Virus record (IMG/VR): IMGVR_UViG_3300031911_000003
Span: 11,196 to 75,195 of that record
Strand: one strand, 5' to 3'
Origin: a virus
Taxonomy: Duplodnaviria; Caudoviricetes
DNA length: 64,000 nucleotides
Both the position numbers and the translations under genes were made by a program. Shown here one piece after another: positions 45,443 through 54,447 of the stretch (its first letter is position 1; the number at the start of each line of letters is the position of its first letter). Below the pieces are notes generated by a model. The model did no database searches, was not told where the DNA came from, and saw nothing but the letters and a program-made list of their open reading frames with translations.

Positions 45443-45781
45443 ATGAGTGAACCGATTGAATGCTTCGATCCGAATGACTCCGGTTTCGTTCACAAGTCTC
45501 AACTGTTCGACAACGCAAAACCCATCGCGAAACCCGTCGCTGGCGTATGCTTGGCCGACGGCTGCCACGTAAGCGTGCGCAAAGTTGGTTGGCTGCACCT
45601 CAAGCGTGAGGTCATCACCGACTTCCAAATAGTCCTCAACGGTGAGGTGCTCAACAGCTACGCGATGACCGCGGAAGCGGCGCGCAGCGCGAAGCTCAAG
45701 CTCGCTACATTCGTCGGTGAGAGCGACTGCGCGTACCTCAGCCGCGCGATCGACGAGATCGTCAAGGCGGTGCTTCGATGA
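45443..45781 (+). CDS. Hypothetical protein
   Basis: SD-like GAGGTG 4 nt upstream of ATG 45443. Confidence 0.5.
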   Translation: MSEPIECFDPNDSGFVHKSQLFDNAKPIAKPVAGVCLADGCHVSVRKVGWLHLKREVITDFQIVLNGEVLNSYAMTAEAARSAKLKLATFVGESDCAYLSRAIDEIVKAVLR

Positions 45782-45923
45782 AAAGCCGCCGCGCAGCACG
45801 ACGAAGTGCAAAGAATATTCGAAATCAGATGCGTAAATTCGGCGTAGCGTTCGAGCACGATGAATTTTATACGCTCGAACCTAAAGAGATCGTCGCTTCG
45901 AAGTTGCGACGGCATGCGCCAGA

Positions 45924-47678
45924 ATGTATCGGAGCTCACCCATGAAGCGCGTACTTTCTACCGACATCCCCAACACGATCAGCGGTGAGCGACGGAAGGA
46001 GTGTAAGAAGACGTTCATCGTCGACCCAACGTGTGTCGTCTTCGCCATCGGGCCGGACAGCTGGCTGCGCGACGGGCGCGAGGACATCGCCGTCTCGGCG
46101 TCACTCGTCGGCTCGCTCATCCTCGCCAACGACACCGACAACCGCATCGACGGCCCGCGGGTCGGCGAGGGCCACGGCAACGCCGCCCGTGTACCCGCTG
46201 ACAAGACGGCGCAGGTGCCAGGCTACGACACGGCCGGCAACCCCGTGCTCTGGGGGGCGCTGTCGAGCGTCCAGCTGACGGTGATGGGCACCGACACCGA
46301 GCCCGTTTACGTCATCTCGGCGGCGGGGCGGCAGACGGCCAAAGCTAGCGAATACTTGACGGGCCTGCTCCGCCGGCTCCGTGAGCTCTATCAGCGCGTG
46401 TACACGGCTCTCGAGCGAGAGCGAGAGGAGTGCCGAGCGAACCTCGCCTCGCTCCTCAAGCGCAAGAACCTACAGCCGGCTGAGCAAGAGCGATTGTTTG
46501 AATTGCAGGCTGCTGACGAAACCTTCAAGAAGCGTACACTCGATCAGCAGGCGCTTGAAGACGTACAGGCCGAGGCGCGCAAGGTTCGCGACCCGGTGCT
46601 AGCGGAGCTGTCGGACGCGCACTTCCTGGCCATCTTCCGAGGCGTCGCCGGCTTGAAGTTCGGCAAGCCGCTCGTCGGGCGCACCTACAGCGCCGTCTTC
46701 CACCTATCCGTGGGCTACGTGCCGGACCTGCCGTCCGACTACCGGAGCCTCGAGCGCTCGAAGCTCGCGAACTTCCAAGTGCCCAGCCCCCCCAGCGCCG
46801 AGGCAGACAACACGCGCCGCCTCGTACGTGAGTACGTCCTGAACGGCGTATGCGCCGACGAGGTGCAGGCCCTCGAGCGCGTCCGGCAGTACGTCCGGCC
46901 GCTCATGGCCGTGGGCGCCGAGCAGCCACCGAGCGCCCAGTACGTCATGCAGCTCTACCGCCTGGACATGCTCGTGCCGGAAGCGAAGAAGGCGGTGGAC
47001 GAGCAGGCGGACCCACGCAAGATGCTGGCGCTGTTCGAGAAGCTGACGAAGCGCCTGTTCCGCGAGGCGCTCGAAGAAGTCGAGCGCGGCAACCTCAAGG
47101 TTCACCTCACCTGTAACGAGATGTCTGACGATGAGCAACGCGCCGAGCTCGCAAACATCCTGAACCCACCGAAGCGCGGGCGCACCGACAAGCCGAAGTT
47201 AAAAACTCAGTCTGTGGTTCCTGTCCGATCGGATCGCGCGCCGATCCTCGCCAAGCTCGCGGCGCTGCGCAGCCCAATGAACTCACTGTCCGACGACCAG
47301 CGCCGCGAGGCGGCGGCCGTCGCGGCTTGGGAGCGCTTCCAGGCGGGCGATGCCGCCGCGCTCCGAGACTACCCGCATCTGGCCAGCGCGGTCGCTGACG
47401 CGGAAGCTGAGGTCGACAGCGAGGATACGCCGTTGCAGATGGCTTTGGACTTCCTCGACGGCTGGAACGGGCGGGACAAGATCGAGTTGCAGGCGTTCGC
47501 TGAGCGCCAGCCGAAAGAGGACGGCGAGCTCATGGCGTGGCGCGCGCGGGGGAAGACACACGAGGCTAAGCGCTTGGTGGCGAAGAAGCTCATAGAGGAC
47601 GCGGCGGCCAAGATGCCGAAGACCGTCAAGCCCGACGAGCGCGCGAACTGGATCAGAGAGGAGTTGGAGGCGAAATGA
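45924..47678 (+). CDS. Large hypothetical protein, possible degenerate ParB-like N-terminus
   Basis: 'VYVISAAGRQTAKA' resembles the ParB ia.GrrR.rA box; helical remainder; strong coding bias. Confidence 0.5.
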   Translation: MYRSSPMKRVLSTDIPNTISGERRKECKKTFIVDPTCVVFAIGPDSWLRDGREDIAVSASLVGSLILANDTDNRIDGPRVGEGHGNAARVPADKTAQVPGYDTAGNPVLWGALSSVQLTVMGTDTEPVYVISAAGRQTAKASEYLTGLLRRLRELYQRVYTALEREREECRANLASLLKRKNLQPAEQERLFELQAADETFKKRTLDQQALEDVQAEARKVRDPVLAELSDAHFLAIFRGVAGLKFGKPLVGRTYSAVFHLSVGYVPDLPSDYRSLERSKLANFQVPSPPSAEADNTRRLVREYVLNGVCADEVQALERVRQYVRPLMAVGAEQPPSAQYVMQLYRLDMLVPEAKKAVDEQADPRKMLALFEKLTKRLFREALEEVERGNLKVHLTCNEMSDDEQRAELANILNPPKRGRTDKPKLKTQSVVPVRSDRAPILAKLAALRSPMNSLSDDQRREAAAVAAWERFQAGDAAALRDYPHLASAVADAEAEVDSEDTPLQMALDFLDGWNGRDKIELQAFAERQPKEDGELMAWRARGKTHEAKRLVAKKLIEDAAAKMPKTVKPDERANWIREELEAK

Positions 47679-47726
47679 GAACGATCACGCAGAGATCTGA
47701 AGGGAATTGGAGCCGCGGCGGAGTCC

Positions 47727-48017
47727 GTGCGGTTCGCTAAACCGAAGGTGCAGCGCCGGGTCGCGAAGAATCCGCACTACGCCGATCGCTTCCGCGGGGC
47801 GCACGCGGCGAAGGTCGCAGCCGCGCAGAAGCGACGCGCCGAACTGCTCGCGAAGCAAGCAGAAGAGGCGCGCAAGGCCCAAGAGAAGGTCGCAGCTTCA
47901 AAAGAGACGGCAGATAACGCTCGAATCGTACGAAGCCTGACCATCCGCTCCACTGAACGCTTGACAGGTCGTACCCGAATCTGCAACAGTTCGAGCTGTG
48001 GAAACCACGCAGCATGA
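47727..48017 (+). CDS. Basic hypothetical protein
   Basis: K/R/A-rich 96 aa. Confidence 0.4.
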   Translation: MRFAKPKVQRRVAKNPHYADRFRGAHAAKVAAAQKRRAELLAKQAEEARKAQEKVAASKETADNARIVRSLTIRSTERLTGRTRICNSSSCGNHAA

Positions 48018-49092
48018 TCGCAGTAGTACGTTCGCCAGATACTTCAAGCGCTGGCTCGGGCGCCGCCTAGTCGAGCGCCCGAAGCCGCAGCCTCCCGCGC
48101 CACCGCCGAAGCCCAGCAAGCACGCGCGCCTGCGTGCGGAGCACAGGCACCTCCACATCTCGGCCGATCTACGAGCCCGCGCGACGAGCAGGCGACAGCT
48201 CGCGCCAATCGATCCGCAACTCGCGCGCATCATCGCAGAGCGCCGGATGGGTCGGCACCCACGCACCCAGAAGCCTCACCCACTGCCCGCGAGCTGCCTG
48301 AAGAAGTGCGGCGTCCGAGACTGCGCGCACGCGCAACCTCGCGCACTGCTCAGACTCCGCGACGAGTACGCCGCCGCGAACTACGATCTAGCGCATCGAG
48401 CGGCGGACAAGCAGTGGCAGCGCAACCAGCACCTCGAGCGGGAGATTGTGCCGTGCGTCTACCACAACACCGCCGAACCGAAGAAGTGCCGCTGCCGAGG
48501 GCGCCGGGAGTACCTCTGCCAACCCGACCTCGAGCATCTCGCGTACATCGGTCTGCTCGACGCGATCCTCTACTTCGACAAGGACAAGGCCGGCTGTCTC
48601 TCGTCTTACGCTGTCCACAAGATGAAGTTCTCGATGCTGACGCTTTTGCGTCAAACGCCTGTCTACTACCCGCCAGACCTGCTCCGCGACCGCCGAGACG
48701 TGGGCGCGCTGCGCAAGACTCTGTGTCGAGAGCCGACCGAAGCTGAGATGGTGGTTAAGCTGGCGGAGCGGGGTGCCTGCACTGCTGAGCGAGCGCGGCT
48801 CGCGATGAACTGCTACTACGGCAATGAGCGGAAGAGCGTCGAGGAGCTGCATGAGCAGTACTTTGGTCGGACCTCGCGGGAGGATCGCCGCGCACGTAGG
48901 TCGCGCGGGGAGACGTTCGTCGAAAACCTGTCCATCGAGCAACCCCGCCGTGGAGAGGATTCAGACGGGGACGTGATCGAGGCCATTGCGTCGCTGCCCG
49001 CGGAGCTGCGAGCAGACGCGCAGAGGGCTCTCGGCGGGCGATCGAAGCTATCCGACGCCACTCTCGGCGCGCTGCGCGAGGCGCTGCTCTAG
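47998..49092 (+). CDS. Phage sigma70-family factor (regions 2-3, truncated region 4)
   Basis: ANYDLAHRAA (2.1), DLEHLAYIGLLDAILYFD (2.2), LSSYAV (2.3), LCREPTEAEM (3.0). Confidence 0.85.
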   Translation: METTQHDRSSTFARYFKRWLGRRLVERPKPQPPAPPPKPSKHARLRAEHRHLHISADLRARATSRRQLAPIDPQLARIIAERRMGRHPRTQKPHPLPASCLKKCGVRDCAHAQPRALLRLRDEYAAANYDLAHRAADKQWQRNQHLEREIVPCVYHNTAEPKKCRCRGRREYLCQPDLEHLAYIGLLDAILYFDKDKAGCLSSYAVHKMKFSMLTLLRQTPVYYPPDLLRDRRDVGALRKTLCREPTEAEMVVKLAERGACTAERARLAMNCYYGNERKSVEELHEQYFGRTSREDRRARRSRGETFVENLSIEQPRRGEDSDGDVIEAIASLPAELRADAQRALGGRSKLSDATLGALREALL

Positions 49093-49382
49093 CGCCGGCA
49101 CCCGGCACACCTGCCGCCGTTGCACTTCCCGCACGATATCACGACGTTGCCGAGCTCGTACTTGCCGCCGTCGTGGCCGCAGATCGGGTAGCGGTCGACC
49201 TGCCACCTGCTCGACGAAGCGGCGAAGCTGCGCTTGCCACAGTGGTGGCAGCGCACGCGGAGCTGCCCACGGTGCAGGTATCCGTGCGCCGAGACGAGGG
49301 CCGCGCGGCGTCTGCGCCTGGCTTCAGCGCTGCCGCGCGTATCTACGCTGCGGTGATCCTCACCACCACGCTTCCACATCAC
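49089..49382 (-). CDS. Small HNH endonuclease
   Basis: CHHCG...VDRYP..GHDGGKYELGNVVISCGKCN. Confidence 0.8.
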   Translation of the reverse strand: MMWKRGGEDHRSVDTRGSAEARRRRRAALVSAHGYLHRGQLRVRCHHCGKRSFAASSSRWQVDRYPICGHDGGKYELGNVVISCGKCNGGRCAGCRR

Positions 49383-50308
49383 CGCACCTTCAGGATCTTG
49401 TCGACGAGCTGCACCACGTTCTGCGGCAGCGGGCCGACGACGAAGAGGTACTGCCGTAGGAAGCTCTCGAGCTGTCGAACCGAACGTTGCAGTAGCTGTA
49501 GTACTGACTCCGACATCATGGCCTCGAAGTCAACCAGCTGCGCCTCGTCGCACTCCTCGATCTGCACGTCGAACGTCGTCGAGGGCAACTGCTCGCCGAA
49601 GTTGCCCGCGACGTAGTAACGGCAGGTCCGCATCTTCTGATGTGAGGCGTCGTGCGGCACACACACGACGTCGGCCGGATCGACGCGGCAGACGACGATC
49701 CGCTCGCCGCAGTAGCTGCGTGCATACTCCAGGCTCCCGACGTGTAGCCCCGTGTGACAAGCGTGGTTCGGATCGTCGCTAATCTCGTTGCGCGGCATCT
49801 GCACCCAACTGCCCGGTCTGTTGCAGATCTTGCCGCTGTGCTTGTCGAGATAGTCTGCGCGCACACCCTTGTACGCGAGGAAACGCCCGTCTGGCTCGAT
49901 GGGTATGCCGACGTGATCGAGGAAGGCCCACAGGCTGTCGACGCTGCGCTTCGACGGGTTTTGCGCCAGGCGCTCGTGGAAGCGGAGCAGCGGCTCGGAG
50001 TCGCCCCCGACCTCCTTCGTCTCGAACACGCGTCGCGCGAACCCGCCGTGCATTGGCTTGCCGTCGAAGAGTAGTTCCGCGCCGCGCAGCTCGAATCGCG
50101 TGCGCGACCACGCGGCGACGCTTTGGGCTGCACTCGCGATGTGGCGCACAGCCTCCTCGAAGTCCCGTCGTTCGAGGGCCGCGCGCAACTGCGGCGCGTT
50201 CGGCGCGTCACTCCGCACCACGTAAGTCTTGCCACAGTGGACTATCGTGATTTGATCTTTCGTCGCCGTGAATCGCATGTATCTGTCATCCTTATATATT
50301 CGAGCCAT
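49379..50308 (-). CDS. rIIB: rIIB-like protein
   Basis: NPSKRSV..LWAFL, DGRFLAYKGV, MPRNEI, CHTGLHVG and VDPADVV.VP motifs. Confidence 0.92.
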   Translation of the reverse strand: MARIYKDDRYMRFTATKDQITIVHCGKTYVVRSDAPNAPQLRAALERRDFEEAVRHIASAAQSVAAWSRTRFELRGAELLFDGKPMHGGFARRVFETKEVGGDSEPLLRFHERLAQNPSKRSVDSLWAFLDHVGIPIEPDGRFLAYKGVRADYLDKHSGKICNRPGSWVQMPRNEISDDPNHACHTGLHVGSLEYARSYCGERIVVCRVDPADVVCVPHDASHQKMRTCRYYVAGNFGEQLPSTTFDVQIEECDEAQLVDFEAMMSESVLQLLQRSVRQLESFLRQYLFVVGPLPQNVVQLVDKILKVR

Positions 50309-52122
50309 TGAATCGAGTGCTTATCGACCAGCGACCGGAGGCCGTACGTTTTGAGCAGCGGATATTTCCCGAGTGCCGCAGCAACTACAGCCTTGCGCGA
50401 TGCCGGATCATCTGGTAGCCGCTGCGACAGCCAGCAAACTGCACGGTCTGTGTAGCGATGCGGCTTCGCTGCCCTCACGAGCAGTTGCGAAAGCGGGTGC
50501 TCGGCTCCAAGCGTTGCGGCTACCTTCGCCACATCGCTCTCGTCGACCTCACCGATCTCCGCCACCCAACGGAGCCGCTCGACGTCCTCGCGGGCGCCAG
50601 GCTGGCCAGCGAGCACTTCGGCGAGGACGGTCATCCACTGGCCGAGCTCGACGCCGACTCGCACCTTCTTGTAACCGTAGACTTCTGGCATCTCGAGGCC
50701 GAACGCACTGAGCAGGTCGCGGCACTCATGGATCTGGTGGTAGTTCGTGTCGAACCTGTCGAGGTGGACGTACAGGTCTTCAGGCTGCGGCGCGCGCTCT
50801 ACCGCCTCCCAGTTCGACGACAATGGGCGCTTGAACTCATAGGTGCAAAGTCTGAACATGCTGCGCCGCGCGTTCGGGTTCGCGCCGCGCCTGGGTGAGC
50901 GCTCTGGTCGCGTCCAAGACAGCTCCGAAGTCTTTACTATCGGGATGCCCTCGATGCCCGCAGCTCTGACAGCCGCCGCCACCGCGGCCTCTTCAGGTGG
51001 CCTGTGGTCATAGCCGTAGACGACGTAGTCCGTCGCTGACAGCGCGAAGCCTTTGAGTCCGCGCCTGTCGTCGCGCAGAACGATGCGCGCCGCATCGTCG
51101 AGCTCGATCGTTTCTCGCACCTTGCGACCGACTTTGAGTGTGAACGACCCTGAGATCGAGTATTTGCCGTTCACCCGCGGTATCAGCGGCAGGTCTAAGC
51201 CACCGTACTTCGACAGCGCGAGCTTCTGCGTCCACGGCGACAGCGATTCGACGCTGCGAATCAGCTCGAGCACGAAGCCGTCGATCGCCGCGCAGATCGC
51301 CGCTTCGAGAGCACCGCGCGTCTTCTCGCTGTACTTGAGCTGCTCGCGCGAGGCCGCGATGTGCAGCGCGCCGATCTCGAAGCGCAGCGCGCAGCCGACG
51401 TTTCGCGCGTAGTGTGGAAGCTTAAGCTGCGACAGGTCGATGGGATACGGCACGCAGCCCATGACTGCGGTCCACCTGCCGTACGGCTTTGGCGTCCAGC
51501 TGACGTCGGGTAGTTTCGCGCAAATATCAGGCAGCGGGTCGAAGTACTTGAACAGGTTCTCGGCCTTAGACCCGAACTCGCCGAGGTCTTCCCGTCGCAC
51601 CGCCACCTGAATCTCGAGGCCGGTGTCGTCGCTGTCGAACTCGTCGAGAAGGCGAACCTCACCACGCTCGCTGACGTCGAGCGTGCAGACGTACGTGCGG
51701 CACTTGCCCTCGCAGCGCGACACGACGGTGAAGCTGTCGGCGTAGGCGAAACCGCTCTTGCTGCCAATACCGAGCATCCCGACCTGCCCGCTGTCCGCGC
51801 GCTTCGTCGAGGCGCCGTACTGCGTGAAGAGCTCGAACACCTCCCGCTTCGAGAGGCCGCGCCCGAAGTCGCGAATCGAGAGCGTCTGGTCCTCGAGCGT
51901 CGGCAGCCTGACTCGGATCGGCACGTCGCCCTTGCCCGCCTCGCGGTGCGCGTCCCAAGCGTTGGCGCCGTACTCGCGCAATACCGCCAACACCTTGTCG
52001 CTGTAGAGCGTGTCGCGCAGCACCGTCATGAGGTGTGCCTCGTCGCCGCGCGAGATGCCGAAGCCCGCTCGCTCGCCCGAGTCGCAGGAGTCGACGCTGC
52101 GGTCGAAGGTCTGCGGGATCAC
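50242..52122 (-). CDS. rIIA: rIIA-like protein (GHKL ATPase N-terminus)
   Basis: LYSDKVLAVLREYGANAWDAH, IRDFGRGL, YGASTK and GMLGIGSKS; GTGA-coupled start; precedes rIIB. Confidence 0.92.
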   Translation of the reverse strand: MIPQTFDRSVDSCDSGERAGFGISRGDEAHLMTVLRDTLYSDKVLAVLREYGANAWDAHREAGKGDVPIRVRLPTLEDQTLSIRDFGRGLSKREVFELFTQYGASTKRADSGQVGMLGIGSKSGFAYADSFTVVSRCEGKCRTYVCTLDVSERGEVRLLDEFDSDDTGLEIQVAVRREDLGEFGSKAENLFKYFDPLPDICAKLPDVSWTPKPYGRWTAVMGCVPYPIDLSQLKLPHYARNVGCALRFEIGALHIAASREQLKYSEKTRGALEAAICAAIDGFVLELIRSVESLSPWTQKLALSKYGGLDLPLIPRVNGKYSISGSFTLKVGRKVRETIELDDAARIVLRDDRRGLKGFALSATDYVVYGYDHRPPEEAAVAAAVRAAGIEGIPIVKTSELSWTRPERSPRRGANPNARRSMFRLCTYEFKRPLSSNWEAVERAPQPEDLYVHLDRFDTNYHQIHECRDLLSAFGLEMPEVYGYKKVRVGVELGQWMTVLAEVLAGQPGAREDVERLRWVAEIGEVDESDVAKVAATLGAEHPLSQLLVRAAKPHRYTDRAVCWLSQRLPDDPASRKAVVAAALGKYPLLKTYGLRSLVDKHSIQWLEYIRMTDTCDSRRRKIKSR

Positions 52123-52514
52123 TGCAGGTCCTCGTCTTCCCAACCTTCGCAGAGGTCGCAGAGCACGAAGAAGCCTGTAATACTTCGAGATGCCATACTT
52201 TCGGGGAGGCCGAACCAAGCATCGTTGAGCAGATCCAAAATTACAGACGCGGCACCCAGTCGAAGGGCTTCATCGTAGCGCTCGACGGGCTTACCTTCAA
52301 AATTCTGCTCGATGTCGTTGCAGATGACATTACAGGCGTCTTGCGCTGCTCGCGCAGTGACAGGTGTTGAAAGTTGCATCGCGCGTGCGGGCATTTCGAC
52401 CTGCAGTGGACCTACTGCGACGCTCACCTTCGATGCTGGGTGGTACTTCTCAACAATGGCACGCAGCGCGACGGCGTTCGCCTTAACTTTGTCAAACCAT
52501 TCAGCAGAATTCAT
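52119..52514 (-). CDS. Hypothetical protein
   Basis: 131 aa leading the rII operon. Confidence 0.55.
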   Translation of the reverse strand: MNSAEWFDKVKANAVALRAIVEKYHPASKVSVAVGPLQVEMPARAMQLSTPVTARAAQDACNVICNDIEQNFEGKPVERYDEALRLGAASVILDLLNDAWFGLPESMASRSITGFFVLCDLCEGWEDEDLQ

Positions 52515-52562
52515 CTCTAATCCTCCTCTACTGCCGACCATCCTCCTCGAAAGTACTACACT

Positions 52563-54179
52563 TTGTCAACCTCGTTTAAGAAGCGTCCAGCGCGGCGACG
52601 GGAAGTCGCGCGGCACGACCACCCCGGACGAACGTCTTTTGTCGCGTTCATCAGGCACGTCCGACCGGGACTGTACATCTCGCAGCAAATTCGACTACTC
52701 GCCCGCAAGGTCGAACGCGCGCTCGTTCACAAAGAAGGATGGCTGCGCCTCATCCTCGTTTGGCCCCCGCGCACCGGCAAGACGACGGCCGGGAGCGTGC
52801 TTCTCCTCGCCTGGGTCTTCGGCCTGCATCCGGACTGGGAGGCCATCGTTGGCAGCCTCAGCGGCAAGCTCGCTTCCAAGATCGGCGCGAAGATCCGCCA
52901 GATCATCGATAGCAAGCGCTTCGCCGAGGTCTTTGGCGAAGTCGGCATCAGCAAGCACACGGCGGCGAAGACCGAATTCGCCGTCACACACCGGACGCCG
53001 AAGGGTGAGGACGGACTGGCCGAGGGCTACTTCTTCGCATCCGGCCGCAACACGCGCGCGACCGGCCAAGGCTCTCACCTCTTACTTTTCGATGATCTCA
53101 TTGGTGAAAAAGAGGCCGACTCTAGACCAGCGATTGAAGACGCAGAAGAAGCGATCCAGATGTGGCGCAGCCGCGGCGCTCCGTCCGGCTTCCACTGGAT
53201 AATCAACAACACGCGCTACCGCGAGGATGACCCGATCGGACACATCCTCAGCAACTACGCCAACGACGGCCCGTGGGATGTGGTCATTCTGCCGTCGATG
53301 GTTGAGATTGAGAGTGAAGAAGGTGACTTTGAGCTCGACGACGGGACGATCTGGTGTCGCCGGATCGGCGAGGTAATCTGGCCCTACTCGCTGAACGTCG
53401 AGCAGTTCATGGCGACGCGCGCCGGACTCCTAGAGCACAAGCCGCACGAGTGGTACGGCCAGCACAAGGGGAAGCCGAAGCCGCCGCAAGGGCGACTGCT
53501 CGACAGGAACGACTTACAGCTCTACGAAGAGGCGCCTACGGCGATTCGCGCCCGCTGCGACCGGGTCGCGGTCATCGTCGACACGGCGCGCAAGGCCGAG
53601 GAGAAGAACGATCCGTCGGGAATCCTGGTCGTCGGGCAGTGGCAGAACAGACACTACGTTTTGTACGCGCTGGCGAAGCGGCTCGAGTTCTTGGACCTCT
53701 GCGCCCACGTCGCCCGCATCTGCCAGGAGTGGCGCCCGCACAGGCTGATCGTCGAGTCGAGCGCCAACGGCACAGCGCTGGTTAATTCGCTGCGCCGGCT
53801 CGGCCACGCCGTCGAGATACAGCCGAGCGGGAAGAAGGAAGAGGTGCCTTTCAACACCGCCTGTGAGGAGGTCAACGTTCCCAGCAACCAAGGGTCCAAG
53901 GTTATGCGCTTCGACGCCGTCGTGCCGCCGACCGTGCGCCAGCACCTCGTATGGCTGTCACGAGGGGCGCCGTGGCGCGAGGAGCTGTCGCAGCAACTCG
54001 CCGACTTCCCGCGCGTCGCGCACGATGACCTGTGCGACGCGCTCGCCATCTGGCTCAAGTGGACGGCCGAGCACAGCGTCGCTTCGTTGTCCGCGCCTTC
54101 GCCGCCTGCTGGGCTGGCCAAGGCCGCCGCGAACCCCGCGAGGCCGCAGCCGCGCGAGCAGTGGACGCGGCTTAGGTGA
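52563..54179 (+). CDS. terL: Terminase large subunit
   Basis: PPRTGKT Walker A, LLLFDD Walker B, nuclease VDTA...DPS and HDDLCDA; ACCATCC at 52537-52543. Confidence 0.93.
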   Translation: MSTSFKKRPARRREVARHDHPGRTSFVAFIRHVRPGLYISQQIRLLARKVERALVHKEGWLRLILVWPPRTGKTTAGSVLLLAWVFGLHPDWEAIVGSLSGKLASKIGAKIRQIIDSKRFAEVFGEVGISKHTAAKTEFAVTHRTPKGEDGLAEGYFFASGRNTRATGQGSHLLLFDDLIGEKEADSRPAIEDAEEAIQMWRSRGAPSGFHWIINNTRYREDDPIGHILSNYANDGPWDVVILPSMVEIESEEGDFELDDGTIWCRRIGEVIWPYSLNVEQFMATRAGLLEHKPHEWYGQHKGKPKPPQGRLLDRNDLQLYEEAPTAIRARCDRVAVIVDTARKAEEKNDPSGILVVGQWQNRHYVLYALAKRLEFLDLCAHVARICQEWRPHRLIVESSANGTALVNSLRRLGHAVEIQPSGKKEEVPFNTACEEVNVPSNQGSKVMRFDAVVPPTVRQHLVWLSRGAPWREELSQQLADFPRVAHDDLCDALAIWLKWTAEHSVASLSAPSPPAGLAKAAANPARPQPREQWTRLR

Positions 54180-54216
54180 ACGCTTTGCCACTGATGCTTC
54201 GGATTTGGGTAAGCAG

Positions 54217-54420
54217 CCGGCCTCAAGATGCGCGCTTCGTCCGCACGGTAGCAGCAGGACGAGCACATCGTCGCGGTACTGCAGCGCCGTCATCTCCTCC
54301 TGTGCAACGCCGGTCTGACGCCAGCCAAAGCCGCATCCAGCGCGCCAGTCGAGGTTCGTAGCCCGCAGCTCGCAAAGCGCTCGAGCAGTGAATCCATCTG
54401 TGTTCCTTTCTCCTACCACA
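54217..54420 (-). pseudogene. Remnant of a nucleoside 2-deoxyribosyltransferase-like phage protein
   Basis: 'GFGW...TALQYRD-DVLVLLLPCGRSAHLEAG' in the 53958-54554 frame; no clear start and apparently internally deleted. Confidence 0.4.
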
Positions 54421-54447
54421 ATGCGCAGACTTCGTTCTGCGCTGCGT

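Noticed and set aside
47940-47946. ACCATCC upstream of the sigma gene as an autoregulatory late box
   Set aside because: No start codon at the 5-9 nt spacing; it may be chance, so it was not counted.
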